From a virus: DNA of 64,000 bases. Each line of letters opens with the position of its first letter. Within the stretch, counting starts at the first letter, position 1. The notes under the pieces are model-generated. The model saw only the letters and a list, made by a program, of their open reading frames with translations, made no database searches and was not told the DNA's origin. The stretch lies in UHGV virus genome UHGV-0113858; one strand, written 5' to 3'. Below are positions 36,079 through 45,084 of this stretch, piece by piece. Position numbers and translations under genes: made by a program.

Positions 36079-36345
36079 TTAGAAATTGTCTGTGTTGATG
36101 AAGTGTATACCGTTCTTCTTCAACAAGTCAACCTTTAATTTCCGTAAAAGAAGATCGTGGTCTTTTTTAATGGAAATAAGGGTATTCCTATGACCATCTA
36201 TCTCATGTGACGGCCTCACATGGAGGACCTTTTCGCGATTGTATGTGCCAGATGCCGTTTTCACATCAAAATTCTCTTGCAGGTCACCCAAAACAACAGT
36301 GTAATACGGATACAGATCATATTTCACAAATGCAGTTACTTTCAT
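36079..36345 (-). CDS. hypothetical protein (88 aa)
   Basis: ORF-track entry. Confidence 0.45.
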   Translation of the reverse strand: MKVTAFVKYDLYPYYTVVLGDLQENFDVKTASGTYNREKVLHVRPSHEIDGHRNTLISIKKDHDLLLRKLKVDLLKKNGIHFINTDNF

Positions 36346-36349
36346 AGTA

Positions 36350-36634
36350 TCACCATATCACGTAAGTTTTATAAATTTGGGGAAGATTGTTTTTATTCAT
36401 GAAGATATCGTACTCTTCAAGACCATTTTCACCTTCAACGAAAAATGTAAACTGAACACTGTTCCAGCCGTTTCCGTGCTCATTGAGAGTTATGGCTGTG
36501 CTGCTACGACCAATAGCAACTTCAAGCACAGAGAGAATTTCTTCCTCATCATGAGTTTTCAAAAACTCTTTTGCTCGTTTCTCATCATAAGGCCAACCCG
36601 CATTCGGGCTAGTAAGCTTTGCGTAAAGATTCAT
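36350..36634 (-). CDS. hypothetical protein (94 aa)
   Basis: ORF-track entry. Confidence 0.45.
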   Translation of the reverse strand: MNLYAKLTSPNAGWPYDEKRAKEFLKTHDEEEILSVLEVAIGRSSTAITLNEHGNGWNSVQFTFFVEGENGLEEYDIFMNKNNLPQIYKTYVIW

Positions 36635-36939
36635 TCAGTAATCTCCAGCTCTTCTGCGGTATACACATCGTTACCTTCGTACACTGTACCACCAATACGC
36701 ACGACGAATGTACGATCAACAACCTTACCAAAGTGTAAAGTTCTTGATCCTCCGCCCGTGGTTAAGTAGACATCCCGACTAGTGCGTGCAGTCCCGCACA
36801 ACTTATCCTCGGAATAAATAGCCATCTCTGTCCCAGCAGGTATTGCTACGACTGCTGTTACAATTTGTCCAACAGTAGAAGATGTTCCCACAACTTCACT
36901 GCACAGATCTCTAACAACGGTATAGATTTTATTAATCAT
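36631..36939 (-). CDS. hypothetical protein (102 aa)
   Basis: ORF-track entry. Confidence 0.45.
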   Translation of the reverse strand: MINKIYTVVRDLCSEVVGTSSTVGQIVTAVVAIPAGTEMAIYSEDKLCGTARTSRDVYLTTGGGSRTLHFGKVVDRTFVVRIGGTVYEGNDVYTAEELEITE

Positions 36940-37267
36940 TGTGTCTCCCCCAAGTATTCATATAAGAAACCAGATCCTTAAGTGAGCGTTTGTCGGATAG
37001 TGGATAAATACCATCTGAAGGGACGCCACCAGAAGCTAGCATTTTGTTCAATCGATTATACACGGCCTCAGGACGATTGCAACGTTTAATTTTCCATTGC
37101 TCCCCATCCGGGCTAAAATCTTTCTCTTCACAAGAAACATGGATCAGATCGCCCATGTACTCTTTGAATTTGATGGTGTGCATAGGACGGTGATAAATGT
37201 AGAATTTCATAGCAATCTCCTCTGATACGAGAAGCATAATTGAAGCTGTGCAGGGAGTCAAGCACAA
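36932..37267 (-). CDS. hypothetical protein (111 aa)
   Basis: ORF-track entry. Confidence 0.45.
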   Translation of the reverse strand: MCLTPCTASIMLLVSEEIAMKFYIYHRPMHTIKFKEYMGDLIHVSCEEKDFSPDGEQWKIKRCNRPEAVYNRLNKMLASGGVPSDGIYPLSDKRSLKDLVSYMNTWGRHND

Positions 37268-37272
37268 AAACT

Positions 37273-37296
37273 AAAAAACCCGCCGAAGCGGGTTTA
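37273..37296 (-). terminator. rho-independent terminator (minus strand) cccgc-ttcg-gcggg then U6
   Basis: The plus strand reads aaaaaacccgccgaagcgggttt. Confidence 0.7.
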
Positions 37297-37572
37297 CCAT
37301 GTAATATACAATCGTGCTCTAATGCCTTGCATAGAGGGTTCAACTTCTACGACATCAACCTCGAAACCTCCACCACGAAGATCAGCAATAATATGAGGCA
37401 AATAATCAAGCAGGTGATCCGGCAGGTCTATCACCATCCCCATCCCCAAAAGTCCCTTCTTGGCACATTGGTGAATCCCCTCCACCATGTTGTCGTACAA
37501 CTGGTTCATCTCGGGCGGGATTGCTGCGTTTGCGATTTCTGCGATCCCTCGCATCTTGCTTGCGGCACTCAT
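37294..37572 (-). CDS. hypothetical protein (92 aa)
   Basis: SD GGAGGGACAAGACGATG. Well-formed protein. Overlaps the 3' tail of the MTase ORF. Confidence 0.5.
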   Translation of the reverse strand: MSAASKMRGIAEIANAAIPPEMNQLYDNMVEGIHQCAKKGLLGMGMVIDLPDHLLDYLPHIIADLRGGGFEVDVVEVEPSMQGIRARLYITW

Positions 37573-38089
37573 CGTCTTGTCCCTCCAAAAAATAAAATGG
37601 CTTAAGATTCAGCCTGTTCTTTCGATCCCAGACAAAGTAAGCATACCCACTTCCGTCTGTTTTACCATCTTCAGTAAATGATGGTCTTTGAGACAACACC
37701 ATCAGACTGGTGATAGGATTCTCTTGCCACCATTCCCATCGCTTCATACTCTCAAGGAACCCTAACCGCAAAAGCATAATCACGACATCGGCATCGTCAA
37801 GTGCTTTTGTCACAAACTCTTGGGCCAATGAATATGGCGGGTTGGTGATGATGCAATCCACATGATTTGGATAATAGGTGTTGAGATAATCCACACCTTC
37901 ACGAATTTCCCCCCAAGCTGAACCGAGAGGCATGTGATTATAGAACCTCCCAGACGCTCTACAAGGTTCTAGGTATGTCCATGAGGGGTTAATAGGGATA
38001 ACATCCAAAAGGGCCTGTACGGCCCATTCAGGAGTCTCATATACGTCCATAGGCTTGCGTTCAGATTTCTTTTTCAAAGGGACCATCAT
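37406..38089 (-). CDS. DNA N6-adenine methyltransferase (Dam-like, NPPY); the 3' roughly 55 codons are low-complexity and overlap the next gene, so this is a possible frameshift or read-through
   Basis: YETPEWA...EPCRASG...CIITNPPY. Confidence 0.7.
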   Translation of the reverse strand: MMVPLKKKSERKPMDVYETPEWAVQALLDVIPINPSWTYLEPCRASGRFYNHMPLGSAWGEIREGVDYLNTYYPNHVDCIITNPPYSLAQEFVTKALDDADVVIMLLRLGFLESMKRWEWWQENPITSLMVLSQRPSFTEDGKTDGSGYAYFVWDRKNRLNLKPFYFLEGQDDECRKQDARDRRNRKRSNPARDEPVVRQHGGGDSPMCQEGTFGDGDGDRPAGSPA

Positions 38090-38760
38090 TTCCTCAACGT
38101 CTTATGTGTCAAATTACCCTCTGCCAGATCTTGCAAAATGTTTTTGCAGATAGTCTTTATAGCTGCTCCCACCCTTTCATCTTGATAAGGTGACAACAGA
38201 TACTTCTTCCTTGCCAGCATCAGTATTTCAACTTTTCTTTTTTGCCAAGAACGATGCGCCTCGTAGGCATTATCGAAATATCCCAAGAATTCTCTTTCGC
38301 CACGGTTTGAAATCTGGGCCTTGTATTTACCAATCGCCTTATTAAAGTATACACCAAGTGGAAGATGTGAATCCCCCTGCCTATCGTTCAACAAACTATT
38401 TAACCATGATGGTATAAATACGCATTCCTCAGGGCCGTAGGTTTTCCCATCTCCCAAAAAGTCCTTGTCCAACTCTAGGGTCTTGTCAAGAAATCCCATC
38501 TTATTTCGGTTTTCCTGCACCCATGATTTAAAATTTTCGAAAGTGTGCCATACCTCCGCCACAACACAACCTCTGTAGCTGGGATTTTTCAAGAGATATA
38601 CTTCGGAGTAACAACGTCTTAAGATAGATGTCCAGAGAACGTAATAAGGGCATTTCCAGAGCATAACTTTGTTTTCGAAAGCATACACCTTTGTTGAAGG
38701 GGCCTTGTGGCCCACTCCAAACACCCTACGTTCCCCCTTTTTCTTTAGGGGAGCACTCAT
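38086..38760 (-). CDS. AP2-domain protein (HNH/AP2-type homing-endonuclease-like)
   Basis: The segment LGVYFNKAIGKYKAQISNRGEREFLGYFDNAYEAHRSWQ resembles an AP2/ERF-type DNA-binding domain. Confidence 0.5.
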   Translation of the reverse strand: MSAPLKKKGERRVFGVGHKAPSTKVYAFENKVMLWKCPYYVLWTSILRRCYSEVYLLKNPSYRGCVVAEVWHTFENFKSWVQENRNKMGFLDKTLELDKDFLGDGKTYGPEECVFIPSWLNSLLNDRQGDSHLPLGVYFNKAIGKYKAQISNRGEREFLGYFDNAYEAHRSWQKRKVEILMLARKKYLLSPYQDERVGAAIKTICKNILQDLAEGNLTHKTLRK

Positions 38761-39686
38761 TACTCGGCATTCCCAAAGGTGTCGATGATAACTTCACCTG
38801 CGGTCAGGAGAGCTTCGATTAGTGCTTGGCGATCACGAGAAGTGATCTCCAGAGCATTCTCTTCCCCTTGTGCAATAGCCCCGACCTGTGACAGGATGCT
38901 TTGCAGCTCATCAATGTTGAAGATATCAAAATCAGAGGCCTTCAGGTTTCTCACATCCAACGAGAAAGTCTCGCCATCGACATGTACCTTCAGGACAACA
39001 CTGCGGTCAGGATCTCCAGTAACAGTGTCCTCTTTCTGGGTATCTTTCACACCAACAGGGGTTACGATCGGATTTTTACCGGATTTCATCCTTTCGATAT
39101 TTTTATCATCCAAAATCACTGCGCGGGTTCGTTTCGTGATCTCAACTTCATCCAGCCACACCTGCCCGCCACCTTTGATTGTGTTGATCTCCCCATCCGT
39201 CAATACACCTTTGTAGAAATAATCGATTAAGCGATCGAAGTGTTGTTTATAGAACAGCACCTGGGTATAAATATTAGCCCCATCACCAAATGCCCCGCCC
39301 TGATAGTTATGGAACATAAATTCCGTCATCGGGGCGACAGTTCGCTCTTTAGAAGCCAGCCATAAGATTGTTCCAGCAGAACACACCTGCCCCTCTGCAT
39401 GGGTAACTACAGTTGCTTGACTCTCGCGCATCGCACTAACATAAGCCATTGCGATATCTACACGTCCACCGTAAGTGTTGATGATAACACGCACCATATC
39501 GTCTGGGTTGGCTTGACGTATTTGTTGCAATTTATTGAAATGATCTTCCATATAATCCAAATCATGAATATAGATCACATGCTCATGAGAGGGCATTGGA
39601 TAGCAGAAAGAACCTTCCCCACCAAAACCACCGCCAAAGCCAAAGTAATTCTTTTTGTCGTTATTCTGCATCTTGTGTCTCCCCAT
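38760..39686 (-). CDS. ClpP-like (S14 family) serine protease homologue
   Basis: INTYGGRVDIAMA...GQVCSAGTILWLA...MFHNYQGG parallels the ClpP INSPGG...G.AASMG...HQP blocks. Ser and His are in place. Confidence 0.65.
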   Translation of the reverse strand: MGRHKMQNNDKKNYFGFGGGFGGEGSFCYPMPSHEHVIYIHDLDYMEDHFNKLQQIRQANPDDMVRVIINTYGGRVDIAMAYVSAMRESQATVVTHAEGQVCSAGTILWLASKERTVAPMTEFMFHNYQGGAFGDGANIYTQVLFYKQHFDRLIDYFYKGVLTDGEINTIKGGGQVWLDEVEITKRTRAVILDDKNIERMKSGKNPIVTPVGVKDTQKEDTVTGDPDRSVVLKVHVDGETFSLDVRNLKASDFDIFNIDELQSILSQVGAIAQGEENALEITSRDRQALIEALLTAGEVIIDTFGNAE

Positions 39687-40155
39687 TCGCGTCTACAATC
39701 AGTTGTCGTAATGTGTATGCATTCCGTAACAACCAGTCTATATTGAACCCTGAATCATCATCCACAAGGACTTGGTCGCTGTACTTAAAGCACAGGAGTA
39801 CCCTCTTGGCGCGTTCTGAGGCTACTGCCGCTTGATGCAACAGCGTAAAGTGGTTAAGCTCTTCTTTGGTCAAACTCACGTACTGAGATTTTCCATCTAG
39901 GTAAATCAAATGTTCCAACAGGTCACGACGATCCGGGAACATCCAAGAGGCATCCCGCTCGGCAGCGGAACGACTATAAATCATCCGGGTAAAGAACCCG
40001 TCATTCATTCTATAAAGTGATTCAGCCACAACCTTTAGATAGAGATTGTAATACTTTGTCACCTCGGACTCGAAAAATTCAGGCTCGACGACTCCACAAT
40101 TCTTCAGTTCCATCAGTCTCCGATGGGAAAGAATCCCATGAATACTAACTGTCAT
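39661..40155 (-). CDS. hypothetical protein (164 aa)
   Basis: ORF-track entry. Confidence 0.5.
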   Translation of the reverse strand: MTVSIHGILSHRRLMELKNCGVVEPEFFESEVTKYYNLYLKVVAESLYRMNDGFFTRMIYSRSAAERDASWMFPDRRDLLEHLIYLDGKSQYVSLTKEELNHFTLLHQAAVASERAKRVLLCFKYSDQVLVDDDSGFNIDWLLRNAYTLRQLIVDANGETQDAE

Positions 40156-40162
40156 ACTCCTC

Positions 40163-40474
40163 CTATCGAGCTATAAGGTACTTAATACTTCCGTCTTTCT
40201 CACGGTGACCGATATCTACCACATAGTATGGTCCAAACTTGTCAACGTTCACCTTGTCACCAACGAATAACTCTCTCTTACTTTGGTACTCAATGGATTC
40301 CAGGAAGTATCTGAATAAATCAGTATCGTCTGTGTTACAGATGTTTTTCATCCCGCCATCCTTGTAAGTAATGAAAATCACTTTGTTACCGATTTTACCA
40401 ACTGACCAGCCCTGCCCATCAACTTTAACGAGACAATAAGAATTATTAAGCTTATCGCGAAATCTGGATGCCAC
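40163..40474 (-). CDS. hypothetical protein (103 aa)
   Basis: ORF-track entry. Confidence 0.5.
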   Translation of the reverse strand: MASRFRDKLNNSYCLVKVDGQGWSVGKIGNKVIFITYKDGGMKNICNTDDTDLFRYFLESIEYQSKRELFVGDKVNVDKFGPYYVVDIGHREKDGSIKYLIAR

Positions 40475-41093
40475 GTTTTTCCTCCAAGGATCTTAAGAAC
40501 CTCTCCAACAAGGCTAGTTTATCAGGTGTGTTCAGGTTAAGAACCCGAACTCCGTACTTTCTGGCTAAATTAACTGCGGTTGCAGTACCTCCCTTAGGAT
40601 TTCCGTTCCTATCTTCTTTGGCATAGTACAAACAAAATGCAGAGGGACGTGGATCGAGGATATTGGCCCCCAAGACTTGATGCACATTACGAGAATGGAG
40701 CGCAAAAGCTCCTCTTTTTCTTTTAAGAGCTTCAAAATTAGGATGAATCTCCTCAACCAGTTCCTCACGTACAACCTTTTGGTCGGGAATCAGATAATCA
40801 AGATAATCTAAAGGATAATCCCAGAAATCCCAGAGATTGTCATTGTCAGATGCAAATCCATCCCAGGGTATATAGATCTCCGCCAAATGTGTACGATACT
40901 CTTCTTGCTTCCCATTGTCAAGAGATTCGTAATATTTTTGCATTCCGACCTGGAATGCTTCATCTGCGCCACCTGCTTTTCCACTTCTCAAGGTGAATCC
41001 GCACCTTGCAAGGCGGAAACCAGCATCTTCCATGATGCTGATAACCTCAGGAGGGGTCTCCCTGCTTCCTATGCCGCTGTAGTACGCTCTCAC
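40452..41093 (-). CDS. SLOG/DprA-like Rossmann-fold protein
   Basis: YSGIGSRETP...GKAGGADEAFQ resembles the DprA/Smf/SLOG nucleotide-binding motif. Confidence 0.4.
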   Translation of the reverse strand: MRAYYSGIGSRETPPEVISIMEDAGFRLARCGFTLRSGKAGGADEAFQVGMQKYYESLDNGKQEEYRTHLAEIYIPWDGFASDNDNLWDFWDYPLDYLDYLIPDQKVVREELVEEIHPNFEALKRKRGAFALHSRNVHQVLGANILDPRPSAFCLYYAKEDRNGNPKGGTATAVNLARKYGVRVLNLNTPDKLALLERFLRSLEEKRGIQISR

Positions 41094-41695
41094 ATTCCCT
41101 CCCTTTTTGTTATATTACGGCAGAAGTCTAAAAATTCCTCTTCCGTAAGGTCGTTTTTCATCCTGTTTACCGCATAGGTTACCCATTCAACATTCCCTAA
41201 TGTATAGCCCTTGCTTGGTATTTTCCTATCTATAGATGGAAAATCCCTATGAGGTTGTCCCTTCTCTGAACACCGAAGGGTAAAATCCAGTTTCTTTCCT
41301 GTATATCGACATAACCCGCCCTGAGCATCAAACTCATGAATAAGATCTTCGGCAGTGAGATTGAACGGCAGGTTTTCACTCTTTGCTCTTGCCTTGAGCT
41401 GGGATAACAGTTTTTTGCAGTACCATTTATAATCTTCCTTTATTCTGGCGTTGTGCAAAGCTCTTTTTCTTACCATGCACAACTTACATGCTCCATCGTA
41501 ACCTACAGAAACAATCTTGCCGTTTTCATCCCTGTAGTATCTATGTACACCGAAGTTTTCTTTATTCAAGTCTTTTATTTCCTGACATGAACTGCAACAA
41601 CGTTTGCCTTGTGGATGAAATACATATCTATTCATCTTTCTTAATGTTTGCCCAGAGTAGGGTGGGCTTTCGCCCACGCCTGTATAATAAGCCAT
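41090..41695 (-). CDS. HNH homing-endonuclease-like protein
   Basis: CSSC... C..C...; SIDRKIPSKGYTLGNVEWVTYAVNRMK gives the HNH pattern. Confidence 0.55.
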   Translation of the reverse strand: MAYYTGVGESPPYSGQTLRKMNRYVFHPQGKRCCSSCQEIKDLNKENFGVHRYYRDENGKIVSVGYDGACKLCMVRKRALHNARIKEDYKWYCKKLLSQLKARAKSENLPFNLTAEDLIHEFDAQGGLCRYTGKKLDFTLRCSEKGQPHRDFPSIDRKIPSKGYTLGNVEWVTYAVNRMKNDLTEEEFLDFCRNITKREGM

Positions 41696-41704
41696 AATCC
41701 TCCG

Positions 41705-42493
41705 TTACGAAGCCAGTGGAGTATAGCGTCCTTCTGCACGGTCGGCGATTAACGCCTTGGCAATGTCACGAACCATACCACCACGGACGATGTCATCATC
41801 TGGGTTGTCGAAGTTTACAATACCCACACCCGCGATCCCGTTCCGGCTCAGGAAATCTTCCACCCACTCCAGACCGGATATTCCGTGGATATCTTTCTGA
41901 GAGGCATCCCCCATGACCACGAGTGTACAGTTGTCAGAGATACGTGTGATGATACTCAACATTTCCTCTGGGGTACTCTGCTGGGCTTCGTCGATCAGGA
42001 GATAGCTTCTTTCATCGAATGAACGACCACGGATGCTTTCCAATTCCTGAACTTCAATACGCCCATTCAGACCATCTTTAAGCGCATTGTAATAGGCACC
42101 GTCGCCCATACGTTTACGGATGGTGTCTAACATGTTACGAACATACGGGAAGAGTTTTTCCAACGATGTTCCCGGTTTGAAGCCGGAGGTTTTACCCGTC
42201 TGCACATAAGGGCGAGCGACAATGATCTTGTCGAGTTCATTCTTACGGAGCAGATCAGCAGCGTAGGCCGATGCCAGGTAAGTTTTACCTGTACCGAAGA
42301 TACCTTTTGCGATAACAATATTGCAAGTTTGCAACTTGTGAAGGTAATCTTGCTGCTTGTCATTCAGAGGAGTCAGCGGTTGAGCGCTATTCCTTTCCTC
42401 ATCGAATTTAGGGTGGTGCTTGGCTTGTCTCTCAGCACGTTGTTGCTGGCGAACGCTGAGTTTGGTTGCACGAGCCTCTTTGCTTCTTCCCAT
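41705..42493 (-). CDS. phoH: PhoH-like ATPase
   Basis: Walker A GIFGTGKTYLA. LLIDEAQ Walker B/DEAD-like. Confidence 0.85.
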   Translation of the reverse strand: MGRSKEARATKLSVRQQQRAERQAKHHPKFDEERNSAQPLTPLNDKQQDYLHKLQTCNIVIAKGIFGTGKTYLASAYAADLLRKNELDKIIVARPYVQTGKTSGFKPGTSLEKLFPYVRNMLDTIRKRMGDGAYYNALKDGLNGRIEVQELESIRGRSFDERSYLLIDEAQQSTPEEMLSIITRISDNCTLVVMGDASQKDIHGISGLEWVEDFLSRNGIAGVGIVNFDNPDDDIVRGGMVRDIAKALIADRAEGRYTPLAS

Positions 42494-42503
42494 GTGGTTC
42501 TCC

Positions 42504-43058
42504 TTAAGAGGTTAGAACAGATTTTGCCTTTTTGTAGTATGCGGTTCTTTCTGCGAGGTGGTTAGTCCCGCCATTTACCAGCTTGGTGATTTTGGTGATA
42601 TCATCAGCATCGCAAGCGGCGTTGATGTTTCTCATGTTCCAGTACCAACCAGCGCTGGCAACTGCATATTTCGGCTGTTCAAGTAATTCAGGGTGATTGA
42701 CGAGATCCAACCCTAAGGCTTTACCACAAGCTTTGTAGTTTGCAAGCCCGGTGACTTGGATCAGACCACGTCCCTTGTACTTAGCTCCGTCACCATCCTT
42801 TTCTGGTGTATTGCCAAGTCGCTTTGCAATTGGTCCGGTATCATACTTATTAAAGTAGGCATTGTTTCCAAGCTCTCTGGTATACAGGAACTCTGCGGAC
42901 TCCACACCGATTTGGGAAAGGAATCCGGCAATGCGGTTGACAGTATTAATACCACCCTTCTCAAACAAATCATTCAAAGGACCAATAAACTTGGCATTTC
43001 TGCCAGCCTTCGCGCCATTCGGAAATATTTTGTTGAGTTGTTCCAGCGTAAGTTTCAA
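42504..43058 (-). CDS. endolysin, glycoside hydrolase family 19 (chitinase-like lysozyme)
   Basis: GFLSQIGVESAEF...YKGRGLIQVTGLANY, GH19 catalytic signatures. Confidence 0.75.
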   Translation of the reverse strand: MKLTLEQLNKIFPNGAKAGRNAKFIGPLNDLFEKGGINTVNRIAGFLSQIGVESAEFLYTRELGNNAYFNKYDTGPIAKRLGNTPEKDGDGAKYKGRGLIQVTGLANYKACGKALGLDLVNHPELLEQPKYAVASAGWYWNMRNINAACDADDITKITKLVNGGTNHLAERTAYYKKAKSVLTS

Positions 43059-43076
43059 AAGACCTCCTTTTTCAGG

Positions 43077-43457
43077 TTAGGCCTCTCCCACCGCCTCTTC
43101 AAAAGCCGCTTCGAGCTGGGAGGCTACCCCATGAATCTTGATCGTAATCTTCTCTTGGAAGATCGCGTATCTCAGCTCTTCTTCTGTCAAAGCCTCTGCC
43201 AACTGGCAGACCAATTTATCAAACACTTTCTGTTGAACCCCTGTAGAGAGAGTTTTACGAAGGCGTTCTTTTTTCTCCTTTATTTCCTTGGCAAAATATA
43301 CGTCTTTCTCTCCCTTTACCATGTTCTGGAGACTTTCAACCTGCACCTGCAATCCAGTAGCAAAATCTCCGATCAGTCGGTCCCACACCAGAGAAACAAA
43401 CTCCTTTGCCAGAGAAGGTCGTAAGTCAGTGGTTACAACTGCGGCCTTTTTTGACAT
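43077..43457 (-). CDS. hypothetical protein (126 aa)
   Basis: ORF-track entry. Confidence 0.5.
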   Translation of the reverse strand: MSKKAAVVTTDLRPSLAKEFVSLVWDRLIGDFATGLQVQVESLQNMVKGEKDVYFAKEIKEKKERLRKTLSTGVQQKVFDKLVCQLAEALTEEELRYAIFQEKITIKIHGVASQLEAAFEEAVGEA

Positions 43458-43597
43458 TAGTAACCCCCGCGAGCGGCAGCGTCTGCTGCAAGTTGCTGAA
43501 GTTCTTCATCAGAAGAGCGTTTATTCTTCGGCTTTTTGCCACGCAGTTCCAGAGCCAGTTCCTTGGTATATGCCTTACGCAGTGCTTTCTTACTCAT
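43457..43597 (-). CDS. small basic protein (about 46 aa)
   Basis: SD AGAGGAGAATTCGAATG. Manual translation MSKKALRKAYTKELALELRGKKPKNKR... Confidence 0.4.
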   Translation of the reverse strand: MSKKALRKAYTKELALELRGKKPKNKRSSDEELQQLAADAAARGGY

Positions 43598-43651
43598 TCG
43601 AATTCTCCTCTAAATTTCCTGCCGGACAGATTTCTCGGCAGGATTACATAA

Positions 43652-43680
43652 ATCATACAGACAGAAGGTTGCTATGTCAA
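43652..43680 (-). promoter_or_regulatory. sigma70 promoter (minus) TTGACA-N17-TATGAT, then hairpin cctgccg-N-cggcagg
   Basis: The reverse complement of 43652-43680 gives ttgaca tagcaaccttctgtctg tatgat. Confidence 0.55.
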
Positions 43681-43949
43681 CAGGATTTCATATGTTTTTG
43701 CACAAAAGCAATGAAGTCATCAGCGCCACCAATGTACTCCGTTGAGGAGTCCGTCTCACGGAAAATCTGCGGGACGGTGCGAGGGATAACCGGGGCGCAC
43801 TGCTCCACCAGCTCTTCCTTGGTGTAATTCTTCCCGAGTGTCAGATAGATATACTCGATCCCGTTTGCAATGGCGAACTCCTTCGCGCGGGTGCAGTGCT
43901 GGCAGTTCTCCTTACCATAAATGGTAAAGGTGGAATTCTTCAGATTCAT
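43677..43949 (-). CDS. glutaredoxin/NrdH-like redoxin (CxxC = CQHC)
   Basis: FTIYGKENCQHCTRAKEF with a thioredoxin-fold signature. Adjacent to nrdB. Confidence 0.7.
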   Translation of the reverse strand: MNLKNSTFTIYGKENCQHCTRAKEFAIANGIEYIYLTLGKNYTKEELVEQCAPVIPRTVPQIFRETDSSTEYIGGADDFIAFVQKHMKSC

Positions 43950-43958
43950 TGTTACTCC

Positions 43959-45047
43959 TTAAAAATCCCAGACTTCGTCTTCAGCGTCATTGACTGTCGC
44001 ATTAAGACGATAATCGGTGTTTGTTTGTTCCTGATTCGCATTCTGTTGCTTGGAAGGATTCATCCAAACATCCATGAACGGGAGAGGATCACGTTTTGGT
44101 GCTACGAAATCTTTTTCAATGCCGTAGTAATCGTAGATCGGAGCACAGTTCCAGTCAGTCCAATCTTTCAGCAATGGAGCGTTCAACCCGATGATCGCAC
44201 GGCCTTCACTGAAGAGATAATCGCCCCAACCATATTCATTGGTACGAACTTCATCCAGAATTGCTTTCAGCTCGTGCTTGATTGCGATAAAACTGGCCTT
44301 CCATACCGGGTCTTTCAGAAGGATATCGATAACTCCGAAATCCATCTTGGTATGCAGCATCTCATCCAACATAATTTTCTGCACTAGCTGCCCCACCTGG
44401 ACAAACACACCCTGTTCTGCAAGAGCGAACGTACAGGCAAAGCTAGAGATGAATTCAATACCTTCCAGCCCCAACAGGGAGAACATAGCTCTCAGGATTC
44501 CTCGACGGATTTCCTCTTTGTCGACAGAGTCCGGGTCAATACGGTATCGAGCACCGAGGATCTCTAATTCACGCATGAATTTGACAATGACTCCAGAGCG
44601 TTCAAGGACTGCTTGGTTGTTCTGAATATCTTCAATGATCTGGCGAGAATTAGGCAGACATTGACGAACGATATCAGAATACGTCAGAGCATGTAGGACT
44701 TCAATCTCTGATTGCTTCATCATCATGGCGAACAGTTCACTATTCGTGATGAACGGTGCAAACAGACAGATGATAGACTGTGCTGCAACACTATCAGCTT
44801 CCCATTGCCACATCAGGGTCTGCACCATGACGTCGTAAGTCGATTTGCTGCAAGTAGCAAAGTCAGTGATAGACTGGCTTAGTTCAACTTCATCTTCTGA
44901 CCAGTCCTGTTCTTTCTGCTTTTTATACAGGTCAAACAGTTGCGGATACTTTTTATTGATGGAGTCATACATCCCCATCTGTTGACCAAGGAACAGGGGG
45001 TAGTCCCCGGTCTTATGCGCGGTGTTTTCTACGTTAAAAACTGCCAT
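43959..45047 (-). CDS. nrdB: ribonucleotide reductase class Ia small (beta) subunit
   Basis: Two ExxH iron-ligand motifs (EIEVLH, DEMLH). Acidic C-terminus DEVWDF. 362 aa. Confidence 0.9.
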   Translation of the reverse strand: MAVFNVENTAHKTGDYPLFLGQQMGMYDSINKKYPQLFDLYKKQKEQDWSEDEVELSQSITDFATCSKSTYDVMVQTLMWQWEADSVAAQSIICLFAPFITNSELFAMMMKQSEIEVLHALTYSDIVRQCLPNSRQIIEDIQNNQAVLERSGVIVKFMRELEILGARYRIDPDSVDKEEIRRGILRAMFSLLGLEGIEFISSFACTFALAEQGVFVQVGQLVQKIMLDEMLHTKMDFGVIDILLKDPVWKASFIAIKHELKAILDEVRTNEYGWGDYLFSEGRAIIGLNAPLLKDWTDWNCAPIYDYYGIEKDFVAPKRDPLPFMDVWMNPSKQQNANQEQTNTDYRLNATVNDAEDEVWDF

Positions 45048-45084
45048 TTTCTCTCCTCAAAAACGGGGCCGAAGCCCCTACAAC

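Noticed and set aside
38779-39216. Long + strand ORFs antisense to the minus block (for example 38779..39216, 34349..35080, 42756..43424, 43896..44387, 56129..56752)
   Set aside because: They lie antisense within confidently identified genes (ClpP-like, cca, endolysin, nrdB, SPFH). No RBS. Typical antisense-frame composition.
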